NCBI RefSeq assembly: GCF_016026235.1
Contig: NZ_CP065613.1
Reading direction: 5' to 3' (one strand)
DNA: 64,000 nucleotides
Source of the DNA: Escherichia coli
GTDB lineage: Bacteria; Pseudomonadota; Gammaproteobacteria; Enterobacterales; Enterobacteriaceae
This document shows positions 52,462 through 64,000 of the stretch, in pieces. The position numbers and the translations under genes were made by a program. The notes under the pieces are model-generated. The model worked only from the letters and a program-made list of their open reading frames with translations. It ran no database searches and was not told the origin of the DNA. Position 1 is the first letter of the stretch, and every line of letters begins with the position of its first letter.

Positions 52462-55113
52462 TTAGCCGGTATTACGCATACCTGCCGCAATCCCGGCAAT
52501 AGTGACCATTAACGCCTGCTCGACGCGAGGATCCGGTTCCTGGCCTTCTTTTTCTGCCTGGCGGGAGCGGTGCAGCAACTCGGCTTGCAATACGTTCAGC
52601 GGGTCGGTGTAAATATTCCGTAGCTGAATAGACTCTGCAATCCACGGCAGATCGGCCATCAGATGGGAATCGTTGGCAATCGCCAGCACCACTTTGATGT
52701 CTTCTTCTTGCAGATTGCGTAACTCTTTACCTAACGGCCACAGTGCTTTGTCTACCAGGCGTTGGTCATAGTATTCCGCCAGCCACAGGTCTGCTTTGGC
52801 GAAGACCATCTCCAGCATGCCGAGACGCGTCGAGAAGAATGGCCAATCGCGGCACATAGCCTCCAGCTCGCTCTGTTTGCCATCTTCGACCACTTTTTGC
52901 AGCGCCGTACCTGCACCCAGCCAGGCGGGGAGCATCAGACGGTTTTGCGTCCAGGCGAAGATCCACGGAATGGCGCGTAGTGACTCGACGCCGCCGGTTG
53001 GGCGACGTTTCGCCGGACGTGAACCCAACGGCAGTTTGCCCAGTTCTTGTTCCGGCGTAGCGGAGCGGAAGTAAGGCACAAAATCTTTGTTTTCACGTAC
53101 GTAGCCACGGTAGAGATCGCAGGAGATGACTGATAGTTCATCCATAATGCGACGCCAGCTCTCTTTCGGCTCAGGTGGTGGCAGCAGGTTGGCTTCCAGA
53201 ATCGCCCCGGTGTAAAGCGACAGGCTGCTGACGGTGATTTCTGGCAGACCATATTTAAAGCGGATCATCTCGCCCTGTTCAGTCACGCGCAGGCCACCTT
53301 TCAGGCTTCCTGGCGGTTGTGACAGCAGCGCCGCATGAGCAGGTGCGCCGCCGCGACCAATGGAACCGCCGCGACCGTGGAACAACGTCAGCTCAATACC
53401 CGCTTTTTCGCAGGTTTTGATTAATGCATCCTGTGCCTGATATTGCGCCCAGGAAGCTGCCATCACGCCCGCATCTTTTGCTGAGTCGGAATAGCCAATC
53501 ATCACCATCTGTTTGCCCTGAATCAGGCCGCGATACCAGTCGATATTGAGCAGCTGGGTCATGACATCGTTGGCGTTGTTCAGGTCATCGAGAGTTTCAA
53601 ACAGCGGAGCAACCGGCATCGCAAACCCGATACCCGCTTCTTTCAGCAGCAGGTGGACAGCCAGTACGTCGGACGGCGTTTTCGCCATCGAGATCACGTA
53701 GGCGGCAATGGAGCCTTGCGGCGCTTCGGCAATCACCTGGCAGGTATCGAGCACTTCGCGCGTTTCGGCGCTTGGTTGCCAGTTGCGCGGCAGAAGCGGA
53801 CGTTTGGAGTTCAGTTCGCGGATCAGGAACGCCTGTTTGTCGGCCTCTGACCAGCTTTCGTAGTCGCCGATACCGAGGTAGCGGGTCAGCTCGCCCAGCG
53901 CTTCGGTATGGCGGGTGCTCTCCTGACGGATATCAATACGGACCAGCGGTACGCCGAAACATTTCACGCGGCGCAGGGTGTCGAGCAGATCGCCGTTGGC
54001 GATAATACCCATGCCACACGCCTGAAGTGACTGGTAGCAAGCGTAGAGCGGTTCCCACAGTTCTTCGTTTTGTGTCAGCAGGCCTTCTGGTTTTGGCAGT
54101 TCTTCGCCTTTCAGGCGCGCTTCCAGCCATGCCTGTGTCGCCATCAGGCGAGAACGCAGGTTTTTCATCAGATAGCGATACGGTTCTGCGGCACCTTCTT
54201 CGCCAACCAGCGCCAGCAGTTCAGGGGTCGCTTCAACCATCGACAGTTCAGAAACCAGAACCTGAATATCTTTCAGGAACAGATCGGTGGCTTTCCAGCG
54301 GCTGAGCAGCAGGACGTGGCGGGTGATATCGGCAGTGACGTTCGGGTTGCCGTCGCGGTCACCGCCCATCCACGAGGTAAAACGTACCGGAACAAATTCG
54401 ACGGGCAGTTTGTAGCCGAGGTTCTCTTCCAGTTGTTCGTTCAGTTCGCGCAGGTAATTCGGTACGCCTTGCCACAGGCTGTTTTCTACTACGGCAAAGC
54501 CCCATTTGGCTTCATCTACCGGGCTTGGACGCAGCTTACGGATTTCATCGGTATGCCATGACTGGGCGATCAACTGGCGCAGGCGGCGCATCAGCTGGTT
54601 GTGTTCGTAGTCAGCGATATCTTTGTTATCGAGCTGTTTTAAGCAGGCGTTCACTTCCACCATTTTGTGGATCAGTGTACGACGGGTAATTTCGGTTGGG
54701 TGAGCCGTGAGGACCAGTTCCAGCGACAGCGATTCCACTGCTTTTTTGATGGTGTCTTCGCTCAGTTCCGGCTGGTTTTTCAGTTTACGCAGGGTGCGGG
54801 CGATCACTTCCGGGTTGCTGGCAGCTTCGCCTTTCGGCGAAATGCTGTGGTATTGCTCGGCGGTGTTGGCCAGGTTCAGGAACTGACTAAACGCACGCGC
54901 AACGGGCAGCAGCTCGTCGTTCGACAAATTTTGTAAGGTGGTGAGTAACTCCTGGCGGTTAGCATCATTGCCAGCGCGTGAAGATTTGGACAACTTACGG
55001 ATAGTTTCTACGCGTTCAAGAATGTGTTCTCCCAACGCATCCTTGATGGTTTCTCCCAGCACTTTGCCGAGCATACTGACATTACTACGCAATGCGGAAT
55101 ATTGTTCGTTCAT
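52462..55113 (-). CDS. ppc: Phosphoenolpyruvate carboxylase
   Basis: 883-aa ORF ([28 protein letters not shown]...). Confidence 0.97.
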
Positions 55114-55361
55114 ATTACCCCAGACACCCCATCTTATCGTTTGATAGCCCTGTATCCTTCACGTCGCATTGGCGCGAATATGCTCGGGCTTTGCTTTTCA
55201 TCGTCTTTTATAAAGCCACGTAAAAGCGATGACGTCAAATGCTGCGAAATCGCTTCAGCAAACGAATAAATAGCAGGAATTTACGTCATTAAATTCACGA
55301 CGCTTTAAATAAGCGTAACTTATGGGAATGTTAAAAAATCGCCTCAAGTAACACCAAAGGT

Positions 55362-55461
55362 GTAGGTCGGATAAGATGCGCAAGTATCGCATCCGACATT
55401 ATTGCGGCACTGGAGTTTGGCAACAGTGCCGGATGCGGCGCAAGCGCCTTATTCGGCCTAC
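55362..55461. repeat. BIME: two inverted REP elements
   Basis: gtaggtcggataagatgcgcaagtatcgcatccgac ... gccggatgcggcgcaagcgccttattcggcctac. Confidence 0.85.
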
Positions 55462-55464
55462 GTT

Positions 55465-56616
55465 TTAATGCCAGCAAAAATGATGAATGACCTGGGTTAT
55501 CAGTTCGCGGGTGGGCTTGATAAACCGTGTTTCCAGATATTCATCAGGCTGATGAGCCTGATTAATTGAGCCAGGCCCCAGAACCAGCGTCGGGCATAAC
55601 GTTTGAATAAACGGCGCTTCGGTACAGTAATTCACCACTTCGGTCTTTGCTCCGAGCAATTTCTCAACCACTTCAACCAGTTGATGATTCGGTGGGCATT
55701 CATAGCCAGGGATCGGCGGATGCAGCTCGTCGACCGTCAGACGACCCGGCCAGCGTTCGCTCACCGGAGCCAATGCATCGTTGAGCAAACCATTAAGTTC
55801 ATTGAGTGTCATGCCAGGCAGCGGACGAATATCCATATGCAACTCACAGCAAGCGCAAATACGGTTAGAAGCGTCGCCACCGTGAATATGCCCGAGGTTG
55901 AGCGTAGGGTATGGCACGGTAAACGCGTCGTAGTGATAACGTTCTTTCAGGTTATCGCGCAATTGCAAAATATGCCCGATAGCGTCGTGCATTAGTTCGA
56001 TAGCGTTAACTCCGCGTGCTGGATCGCTGGAGTGCCCCGACTGGCCCTGAATACGGATGGCGTTAGAGATATGACCTTTATGTGCGCGTACCGGTTGTAG
56101 TGACGTCGGTTCGCCAATGATGGCGCAATCCGGGCGCAGGGCAGTAGTTTCGGCAAAATAACGCGCTCCGGCCATACTGGTTTCTTCATCAGCAGTCGCC
56201 AGAATGTAGAGCGGTTTTTTCAGTTTCGTGACGTCGACATCGCGTAGCGCATCAAGGATAAATGCAAAAAAGCCTTTCATGTCGGCGGTGCCTAAGCCGT
56301 AAAGCTTGCCGTCATGCTCCGTCAGTGTAAACGGATCGCGCGTCCAGCGACCGTCATCAAATGGCACCGTATCGGTATGCCCCGCCAGCAACAAGCCGCC
56401 AGCCCCTTGTCCGGTACTTGCCAGCATATTGAATTTGTTGCGAGTTCCTGGCACAGGCTGCACTTCCACATTGAAGCCTAAATCTTTAAACCAGTCCGCC
56501 AGCAGAGTGATTAAATCTGCATTGCTTTGATCGAGTGCCTCTTCCGTGGCGCTTATTGAAGGTGTGGCAATCAGAGCACGATAAATCTCGATAAATGGCG
56601 GTAATTTGTTTTTCAT
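55465..56616 (-). CDS. argE: Acetylornithine deacetylase
   Basis: ORF track 55465..56655; start at ATG 56616 ([22 protein letters not shown]...) giving 383 aa. Confidence 0.95.
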   Translation of the reverse strand: MKNKLPPFIEIYRALIATPSISATEEALDQSNADLITLLADWFKDLGFNVEVQPVPGTRNKFNMLASTGQGAGGLLLAGHTDTVPFDDGRWTRDPFTLTEHDGKLYGLGTADMKGFFAFILDALRDVDVTKLKKPLYILATADEETSMAGARYFAETTALRPDCAIIGEPTSLQPVRAHKGHISNAIRIQGQSGHSSDPARGVNAIELMHDAIGHILQLRDNLKERYHYDAFTVPYPTLNLGHIHGGDASNRICACCELHMDIRPLPGMTLNELNGLLNDALAPVSERWPGRLTVDELHPPIPGYECPPNHQLVEVVEKLLGAKTEVVNYCTEAPFIQTLCPTLVLGPGSINQAHQPDEYLETRFIKPTRELITQVIHHFCWH

Positions 56617-56642
56617 TGTTGACACACCTCTGGTCATGATAG

Positions 56643-56682
56643 TATCAATATTCATGCAGTATTTATGAATAAAAATACACTA
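56643..56682. promoter_or_regulatory. ARG boxes (ArgR operator) in divergent argE / argCBH control region
   Basis: tatcaatattcatgcagtatttatgaataaaaatacac contains two adjacent TGAAT-AT-rich-ATTCA-like boxes. Confidence 0.65.
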
Positions 56683-56769
56683 ACGTTGAGCGTAATAAAA
56701 CCCACCAGCCGTAAGGTGAATGTTTTACGTTTAACCTGGCAACCAGACATAAGAAGGTGAATAGCCCCG

Positions 56770-57774
56770 ATGTTGAATACGCTGATTGTGGGTGCCAGCG
56801 GCTACGCTGGCGCAGAGCTAGTGACCTATGTAAATCGCCATCCGCATATGAACATAACCGCTTTGACTGTTTCAGCGCAAAGCAATGATGCGGGAAAGTT
56901 AATCTCCGATTTGCATCCGCAGCTAAAAGGCATCGTTGAGCTGCCGTTGCAGCCGATGTCGGATATCAGCGAGTTTAGCCCAGGGGTGGACGTAGTGTTT
57001 CTCGCCACCGCCCATGAAGTTAGCCACGATTTAGCGCCGCAGTTTCTTGAAGCGGGCTGCGTGGTGTTCGACCTTTCCGGCGCGTTTCGTGTTAACGACG
57101 CCACCTTCTATGAAAAATATTACGGCTTTACCCATCAATACCCGGAACTGCTGGAACAGGCAGCCTACGGTCTGGCGGAGTGGTGCGGTAATAAATTAAA
57201 AGAAGCGAATTTGATTGCGGTGCCAGGCTGTTATCCGACGGCGGCACAGCTGGCGCTGAAACCGTTGATTGATGCCGATCTTCTTGACCTCAATCAGTGG
57301 CCGGTGATCAACGCCACCAGCGGCGTGAGCGGTGCAGGACGTAAGGCAGCGATTTCAAATAGTTTTTGTGAAGTTAGCCTGCAACCGTATGGCGTCTTTA
57401 CTCATCGCCATCAACCAGAGATCGCCACACACCTCGGTGCTGACGTTATCTTCACCCCACATCTGGGCAATTTCCCGCGCGGCATTCTCGAAACCATTAC
57501 CTGCCGCCTGAAATCGGGTGTGACCCAGGCGCAAGTCGCGCAAGTGTTACAGCAGGCGTATGCCCATAAACCGCTGGTGCGGCTGTATGACAAAGGCGTT
57601 CCGGCGCTGAAAAATGTCGTTGGGCTGCCATTTTTCGATATCGGGTTTGCCGTTCAGGGCGAGCATCTGATTATTGTGGCGACCGAAGACAACTTACTGA
57701 AAGGCGCGGCGGCACAAGCGGTACAGTGCGCCAATATTCGTTTCGGCTATGCGGAAACGCAGTCTCTTATTTAA
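56770..57774 (+). CDS. argC: N-acetyl-gamma-glutamyl-phosphate reductase
   Basis: 334-aa ORF ([26 protein letters not shown]...). Confidence 0.96.
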
Positions 57775-57781
57775 GGGTGCA

Positions 57782-58558
57782 ATGATGAATCCATTAATTA
57801 TCAAACTGGGCGGCGTACTGCTGGATAGTGAAGAGGCGCTGGAACGTCTGTTTAGCGCACTGGTGAATTATCGTGAGTCACATCAGCGTCCGCTGGTGAT
57901 TGTGCACGGCGGCGGTTGCGTGGTGGATGAGCTGATGAAAGGGCTGAATCTGCCGGTGAAAAAGAAAAACGGCCTGCGGGTGACGCCTGCTGATCAGATA
58001 GACATTATCACCGGAGCACTGGCGGGAACGGCAAATAAAACCCTGTTGGCATGGGCGAAGAAACATCAGATTGCGGCCGTAGGTTTGTTTCTCGGTGACG
58101 GCGACAGCGTCAAAGTGACCCAGCTTGATGAAGAGTTAGGTCATGTTGGACTGGCGCAGCCAGGTTCGCCTAAGCTTATCAACTCCTTGCTGGAGAACGG
58201 TTATCTGCCGGTGGTCAGCTCCATTGGCGTAACAGACGAAGGGCAACTGATGAACGTCAATGCCGACCAGGCGGCAACGGCGCTGGCGGCAACGCTGGGC
58301 GCGGATCTGATTTTGCTCTCCGACGTCAGCGGCATTCTCGACGGCAAAGGGCAACGCATTGCCGAAATGACCGCCGCGAAAGCAGAACAACTGATTGAGC
58401 AGGGCATTATTACTGACGGCATGATAGTGAAAGTGAACGCGGCGCTGGATGCGGCCCGCACGCTGGGCCGTCCGGTAGATATCGCCTCCTGGCGTCATGC
58501 GGAGCAGCTTCCGGCACTGTTTAACGGTATGCCGATGGGTACGCGGATTTTAGCTTAA
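57782..58558 (+). CDS. argB: Acetylglutamate kinase
   Basis: ORF track 57749..58558; start at ATG 57782 ([24 protein letters not shown]...) giving 258 aa. Confidence 0.95.
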
Positions 58559-58618
58559 GTTTTGTTGGCCGGAGGCGCAGCTTTCCGGCATTGAATTTCA
58601 AAATAAGGAAACAGAGTT

Positions 58619-59992
58619 ATGGCACTTTGGGGCGGGCGTTTTACCCAGGCAGCAGATCAACGGTTCAAACAATTCAACGACTCACTGCGCTTTGATTACC
58701 GTCTGGCGGAGCAGGATATTGTTGGCTCTGTGGCCTGGTCCAAAGCCCTGGTCACGGTAGGCGTGTTAACCGCAGAAGAGCAGGCGCAACTGGAAGAGGC
58801 GCTGAACGTGCTGCTGGAAGATGTTCGCGCCAGGCCACAACAAATCCTTGAAAGCGACGCCGAAGATATCCATAGCTGGGTGGAAGGCAAACTGATCGAC
58901 AAAGTGGGCCAGTTAGGCAAAAAGCTGCATACCGGGCGTAGTCGTAACGATCAGGTAGCGACTGACCTGAAACTGTGGTGCAAAGATACCGTTAGCGAGT
59001 TACTGACGGCTAACCGACAGCTGCAATCGGCGCTGGTGGAAACCGCACAAAACAATCAGGACGCGGTCATGCCAGGTTACACTCACCTGCAACGCGCCCA
59101 GCCGGTGACGTTCGCGCACTGGTGCCTGGCCTATGTTGAGATGCTGGCGCGTGATGAAAGCCGTTTGCAGGATGCGCTTAAGCGTCTGGATGTCAGCCCA
59201 TTAGGCTGTGGCGCGCTGGCGGGAACGGCCTATGAAATCGACCGTGAACAGTTAGCGGGCTGGCTGGGATTTGCTTCAGCAACCCGTAACAGTCTCGACA
59301 GCGTTTCTGACCGTGACCACGTGCTGGAACTGCTTTCTGCTGCCGCTATCGGCATGGTGCATCTGTCGCGTTTTGCTGAAGATCTGATTTTCTTTAACAC
59401 CGGCGAAGCGGGGTTTGTGGAGCTTTCGGACCGCGTGACTTCCGGTTCATCATTAATGCCGCAGAAGAAAAACCCGGATGCGCTGGAGCTGATTCGCGGT
59501 AAATGCGGTCGGGTGCAGGGGGCGTTAACCGGCATGATGATGACGCTGAAAGGTTTGCCGCTGGCTTACAACAAAGATATGCAGGAAGACAAAGAAGGTC
59601 TGTTCGACGCGCTCGATACCTGGCTGGACTGCCTGCATATGGCGGCGCTGGTGCTGGACGGCATTCAGGTGAAACGTCCACGTTGCCAGGAAGCGGCTCA
59701 GCAGGGTTACGCCAACGCCACCGAACTGGCGGATTACCTGGTGGCGAAAGGCGTACCGTTCCGCGAGGCGCACCATATTGTTGGTGAAGCGGTGGTGGAA
59801 GCCATTCGTCAGGGCAAACCGCTGGAAGATCTGCCACTCAGTGAGTTGCAGAAATTCAGCCCGGTGATTGGCGAAGATGTCTATCCGATTCTGTCGCTGC
59901 AATCGTGCCTCGACAAGCGTGCGGCAAAAGGCGGCGTCTCACCGCAGCAGGTGGCGCAGGCGATTGCTTTTGCAAGGGCGCGGTTGGGGTAA
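58619..59992 (+). CDS. argH: Argininosuccinate lyase
   Basis: 457-aa ORF ([33 protein letters not shown]...). Confidence 0.97.
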   Translation: MALWGGRFTQAADQRFKQFNDSLRFDYRLAEQDIVGSVAWSKALVTVGVLTAEEQAQLEEALNVLLEDVRARPQQILESDAEDIHSWVEGKLIDKVGQLGKKLHTGRSRNDQVATDLKLWCKDTVSELLTANRQLQSALVETAQNNQDAVMPGYTHLQRAQPVTFAHWCLAYVEMLARDESRLQDALKRLDVSPLGCGALAGTAYEIDREQLAGWLGFASATRNSLDSVSDRDHVLELLSAAAIGMVHLSRFAEDLIFFNTGEAGFVELSDRVTSGSSLMPQKKNPDALELIRGKCGRVQGALTGMMMTLKGLPLAYNKDMQEDKEGLFDALDTWLDCLHMAALVLDGIQVKRPRCQEAAQQGYANATELADYLVAKGVPFREAHHIVGEAVVEAIRQGKPLEDLPLSELQKFSPVIGEDVYPILSLQSCLDKRAAKGGVSPQQVAQAIAFARARLG

Positions 59993-60015
59993 GAACATTT
60001 ATATGTACAAATTTG

Positions 60016-60041
60016 AGCCTGGCTTATCGCCGGGCTTTTTT
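60016..60041 (+). terminator. argH intrinsic terminator
   Basis: Hairpin agcctggc-ttatc-gccgggct followed by tttttt. Confidence 0.75.
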
Positions 60042-60045
60042 ATGG

Positions 60046-60163
60046 CAAAAAAAAGCGGATCCTGGAGATCCGCAAAAGTTCACGTTGGCTTTAGTTATTC
60101 GAGTTGAGAAACTCTCGAAACGGGCAGTGACTTCAAGGGTTAAAAGAGGTGCCGCTCCGTTTC
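60046..60163 (-). ncRNA. oxyS: OxyS oxidative-stress small RNA
   Basis: Minus strand reads gaaacggagcggcacctcttttaacccttgaagtcactgcccgtttcgagag..., matching oxyS as recalled; ends in hairpin gcggatc-ctgga-gatccgc plus U-tract. Confidence 0.85.
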
Positions 60164-60258
60164 TGTGAGCAATTATCAGTCAGAATGCTTGATAGGGATA
60201 ATCGTTCATTGCTATTCTACCTATCGCCATGAACTATCGTGGAGATGGAGGATGGATA
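60164..60258. promoter_or_regulatory. Divergent oxyS / oxyR promoter region with OxyR autoregulatory site
   Basis: Intergenic segment between oxyS 5' end and oxyR start; individual sites not resolved. Confidence 0.5.
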
Positions 60259-61176
60259 ATGAATATTCGTGATCTTGAGTACCTGGTGGCATTGGCTGAA
60301 CACCGCCATTTTCGGCGTGCGGCAGATTCCTGCCACGTTAGCCAGCCGACGCTTAGCGGGCAAATTCGTAAGCTGGAAGATGAGCTGGGCGTGATGTTGC
60401 TGGAGCGGACCAGCCGTAAAGTGTTGTTCACCCAGGCGGGAATGCTGCTGGTGGATCAGGCGCGTACCGTGCTGCGTGAGGTGAAAGTCCTTAAAGAGAT
60501 GGCAAGCCAGCAGGGCGAGACGATGTCCGGACCGCTGCATATTGGTTTGATTCCCACGGTTGGACCGTACCTGCTACCGCATATTATCCCGATGCTGCAC
60601 CAGACCTTTCCAAAGCTGGAAATGTATCTGCATGAAGCACAGACCCACCAGTTACTGGCGCAACTGGACAGCGGCAAACTCGATTGCGTGATCCTCGCGC
60701 TGGTGAAAGAGAGCGAAGCATTCATTGAAGTGCCGTTGTTTGATGAGCCAATGTTGCTGGCTATCTATGAAGACCACCCGTGGGCGAACCGCGAATGCGT
60801 ACCGATGGCCGATCTGGCTGGGGAAAAACTGCTGATGCTGGAAGATGGTCACTGTTTGCGCGATCAGGCAATGGGTTTCTGTTTTGAAGCCGGGGCGGAT
60901 GAAGATACACACTTCCGCGCGACCAGCCTGGAAACTCTGCGCAACATGGTGGCGGCAGGTAGCGGGATCACTTTACTGCCTGCGCTGGCTGTGCCGCCGG
61001 AGCGCAAACGCGATGGGGTTGTTTATCTGCCGTGCATTAAGCCGGAACCACGCCGCACTATTGGCCTGGTTTATCGTCCTGGCTCACCGCTGCGCAGCCG
61101 CTATGAGCAGCTGGCAGAGGCCATCCGCGCAAGAATGGATGGCCATTTCGATAAAGTGTTAAAACAGGCGGTTTAA
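60259..61176 (+). CDS. oxyR: LysR-family hydrogen peroxide sensor OxyR
   Basis: ORF track 60229..61176; start at ATG 60259 ([40 protein letters not shown]...) giving 305 aa. Confidence 0.97.
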   Translation: MNIRDLEYLVALAEHRHFRRAADSCHVSQPTLSGQIRKLEDELGVMLLERTSRKVLFTQAGMLLVDQARTVLREVKVLKEMASQQGETMSGPLHIGLIPTVGPYLLPHIIPMLHQTFPKLEMYLHEAQTHQLLAQLDSGKLDCVILALVKESEAFIEVPLFDEPMLLAIYEDHPWANRECVPMADLAGEKLLMLEDGHCLRDQAMGFCFEAGADEDTHFRATSLETLRNMVAAGSGITLLPALAVPPERKRDGVVYLPCIKPEPRRTIGLVYRPGSPLRSRYEQLAEAIRARMDGHFDKVLKQAV

Positions 61177-62559
61177 ACCGTTTAACGCAGCTACCCGATA
61201 GGCTTCCGCCATCGTCGGGTAGTTAAAGGTGGTGTTGACGAAGTACTCAATAGTGTTGCCGCCACCTTTCTGTTCCATAATCGCCTGACCGATATGAATA
61301 ATCTCGGCAGCGCGCTCGCCAAAGCAGTGAATGCCCAGAATCTCTTTTGTTTCCCGATGGAACAAAATTTTCAGCGTGCCCACGTTCATGCCGACGATTT
61401 GTGCACGTGCCAGATGTTTGAACTGGGCGCGGCCCACTTCATATGGCACTTTCATCGCGGTCAGCTGCTGTTCGGTTTTGCCCACAGAGCTGATTTCCGG
61501 GATGGTGTAAATGCCTGTAGGGATATCTTCAATCAGATGCGCGGTGGCTTCGCCTTTTACCAGCGCCTGCGCGGCAATGCGCCCCTGGTCATAGGCCGCT
61601 GATGCCAGGCTCGGATAACCAATCACGTCGCCCACCGCGTAAACGTGCGGCTGTGCGGTCTGATACATGCTGTTGACCTTCAGCTGTCCGCGACTGTCAG
61701 TTTCCAGCCCAATGTTCTGTAACGCCAGCGAATCGGTATTACCGGTACGACCGTTGGCATAGAGCAGGCAGTCAGCTTTCAGTTTTTTACCCGACTTCAG
61801 ATGCATGATCACACCGTCGTCACAGCCTTCGATCTTCTCGTACTCTTCGTTGTGACGAATCACTACGCCACTGTTCCAGAAGTGATAGGAGAGAGAATCT
61901 GACATCTCTTGATCGAGAAATGCCAGCAGGCGATCGCGGGTGTTGATCAGATCCACTTTTACATCCATACCGCGGAAGATCGACGCATATTCACAGCCGA
62001 TCACTCCAGCACCATAGATAAGTACATGGCGCGGTTCGTGGTGCATGCTGAGAATTGAGTCGCTGTCGTAAATGCGTGGATGGGTGAAATCAACATCTGT
62101 TGGATGATATGGACGAGAGCCGCAGGCAATAACAAATTTTTCAGCGGTTAGTGTTTCAACGCTGCCGTCCGGGCAATCCAGCGCCAACGTATGCTCGTCA
62201 ACAAAGCGAGCGTTCCCCTGCAATATTTCACAGTGATTACGTTCGTAAAATCCCTGACGCATGCGCGTTTGTTGATTAATCACGTTATCGGCATGGTTAA
62301 GGATATCGGCAAAAGAAGAGCGGAGCAGTCGGGAATGGTCGCTGTATAGTGGGTTTTGATTGAATTCTATAATGCGGCTGACGGCGTGACGGAGAGCTTT
62401 CGACGGGATGGTGCCCCAGTGGGTGCAACCGCCGCCAACATTTTGATAACGCTCGATAACTGCGACGCGCGCACCTTGCTTAACTAGGCCCATTGCAGCG
62501 CCTTCGCCGCCGGGGCCGGAACCTATTACTATGGCATCGTAATCGTAGGAATGTGGCAT
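61159..62559 (-). CDS. sthA: Soluble pyridine nucleotide transhydrogenase
   Basis: 466-aa ORF ([24 protein letters not shown]...); 3' end overlaps oxyR convergently by 18 bp. Confidence 0.96.
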
Positions 62560-62809
62560 GGTAGGGCTTACCTGTTCTTATACATAAAAGCAACAGAATG
62601 GTAACATTTTATCGCGGGTAAGCCAATTGATCCCCGTCATTAATCTGGCTATAGCGTGAGCGGCCTTTGCTTTGTCTGCCTCCTTCTTAACCCATTTATT
62701 CACTATTAATCGCTTTTTATTATGGCTGATAGTTTTATCTTGCCGAAGCGTGCTTTTTTGTTATTGTCTTTATGAAATCTTCTTATAAAACAAACATATA
62801 AATATTTTA

Positions 62810-62843
62810 TATTGATGGGTTATTTGTATTTATACCATCAATA
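62810..62843. promoter_or_regulatory. Candidate operator: 9-bp perfect inverted repeat upstream of the M20D hydrolase gene
   Basis: tattgatgg-N16-ccatcaata in an AT-rich region, 46 bp upstream of ATG 62889. Confidence 0.35.
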
Positions 62844-62888
62844 AAATCCGTTAATTAGCCTGTTTATAAGTGAATAAAGGAATAGCCG

Positions 62889-64000
62889 ATGATCGAACAC
62901 TATATTCGAGGGTTTGAGGAAGAACTGCGTGAGATCCGCCATCAGATCCACGAAAACCCGGAGCTGGGATTACAAGAATTTAAAACCAGTGCTTTGGTTG
63001 CGGAAAAGCTGCGTCAGTGGGGCTATGAAGTAGAGCAAGGACTGGCGACGACGGGGATAGTGGCCACGTTAAAAGTGGGCGACGGAGAGAAAAGTATTGG
63101 CCTGCGGGCGGATATGGATGCGCTGCCGATTTATGAAAATAGTGGCAAGCCCTGGGCCAGTAAACATCCTGGTTTAATGCACGCCTGCGGGCATGACGGG
63201 CATACCACCATACTGCTGGGGGCCGCGCGTTATTTTGCCGAAACCCGCCGTTTTAACGGCACGTTACGTCTTATCTTCCAGCCTGCGGAAGAGATGATTA
63301 ATGGCGGTGAGATCATGGTTAAAGAGGGGCTTTTTGATCATTTCCCCTGCGATGTCATTTTCGGCATGCATAACATGCCCGGTCTGCCGGTGGGTAAGTT
63401 TTATTTCCAGCCAGGGGCACTGATGGCGTCAATGGATCAGTTCCATATTACAGTTCGTGGTTGTGGCGGACACGGTGCGATCCCGCACAAAGCCATCGAT
63501 CCGGTGCTAGTTGCCGCACATATCACCACCGCATTACAAAGCATTGTGTCACGCAATGTCGATCCGCTGGAAGCGGCGGTAATTACCGTCGGCAGCATTG
63601 TTGCGGGTGAGGCGGCTAACGTCATTCCTGACAGTGCTGAGATGAAAATCAGCGTCCGCTCTCTTAGCCGCGATACCCGACAACTTCTTCTGACCCGTAT
63701 TCCTGCTCTGGCACAAGCCCAGGCTGCCAGCTTTGGCGCTACGGCTGAGGTTACGCATGTTAACGGTACACCAGTATTAGTAAATGACGAGGAGATGGCG
63801 CGCTTCGCCTGGCAGGTGGCGTGTAAAACGTTTGGTGAAGATCGGGCCGAGTTTGGCATCAAGCCTCTGATGGGCAGTGAAGATTTCTCTTTCATGCTGG
63901 AAGCCCAACCCAAAGGCGGTTTCCTGTTATTCGGTAATGGCGATGTCGGGGAAGGTTCCTGCATGGTGCATAACCCGGGTTACGACTTCAACGATGCAAG
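62889..64000 (+). CDS. M20D-family amidohydrolase (aminoacylase / hippurate-hydrolase-like), 3' end outside window
   Basis: ATG 62889 with aagga RBS; no stop before window end; translation MIEHYIRGFEEELREIRHQIHENPELG...MHACGHDGHTTILLGAARYF... carries the metal-binding signature typical of peptidase M20D; missed by the ORF track because it is open-ended. Confidence 0.8.
   Translation, partial: MIEHYIRGFEEELREIRHQIHENPELGLQEFKTSALVAEKLRQWGYEVEQGLATTGIVATLKVGDGEKSIGLRADMDALPIYENSGKPWASKHPGLMHACGHDGHTTILLGAARYFAETRRFNGTLRLIFQPAEEMINGGEIMVKEGLFDHFPCDVIFGMHNMPGLPVGKFYFQPGALMASMDQFHITVRGCGGHGAIPHKAIDPVLVAAHITTALQSIVSRNVDPLEAAVITVGSIVAGEAANVIPDSAEMKISVRSLSRDTRQLLLTRIPALAQAQAASFGATAEVTHVNGTPVLVNDEEMARFAWQVACKTFGEDRAEFGIKPLMGSEDFSFMLEAQPKGGFLLFGNGDVGEGSCMVHNPGYDFNDA

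Noticed and set aside
62560-62888. AT-rich intergenic region as a mobile-element scar
   Set aside because: No terminal inverted repeats, target-site duplication or transposase fragment could be recognised by eye; treated as promoter/regulatory DNA for the downstream hydrolase gene.

Overview
This window is an Escherichia coli-type chromosomal segment running from the 3' end of rhaR to just past sthA, and it is almost entirely core housekeeping genes in the order I recall for K-12. The gene order is rhaR(partial)-rhaT-sodA-kdgT-yiiM-cpxA-cpxR-cpxP-fieF-pfkA-sbp-cdh-tpiA-yiiQ-yiiR-yiiS-uspD-fpr-glpX-glpK-glpF-zapB-[islet]-rraA-menA-hslU-hslV-ftsN-cytR-priA-rpmE-yiiX-metJ-metB-metL-metF-katG-yijE-yijF-gldA-fsaB-ptsA-frwC-frwB-pflD-pflC-frwD-yijO-eptC-ppc-argE-argC-argB-argH-oxyS-oxyR-sthA. 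Gene identities come from reading the six-frame translations against remembered E. coli proteins; no database search was run, and every comparison to K-12 is from memory. Three places depart from that backbone. (1) A roughly 1.44 kb AT-rich islet sits exactly between the zapB and rraA terminators and carries two tandem paralogous genes for uncharacterised 3-TM membrane proteins; this is the best candidate for an undescribed accessory module. (2) pflD is not intact: two out-of-frame pieces with about 446 bp missing, while pflC and frwD remain whole. (3) Where I would expect fabR beyond sthA, an M20D-family amidohydrolase gene begins at 62889 and runs off the window, preceded by an AT-rich region with a 9-bp perfect inverted repeat. 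The window also holds seven REP/BIME clusters, several clear intrinsic terminators, the oxyS and CpxQ small RNAs, and recognisable Fur, CpxR, MetJ, ArgR and sigma-32 sites. No rRNA, tRNA, CRISPR array, IS element or integrase is visible.
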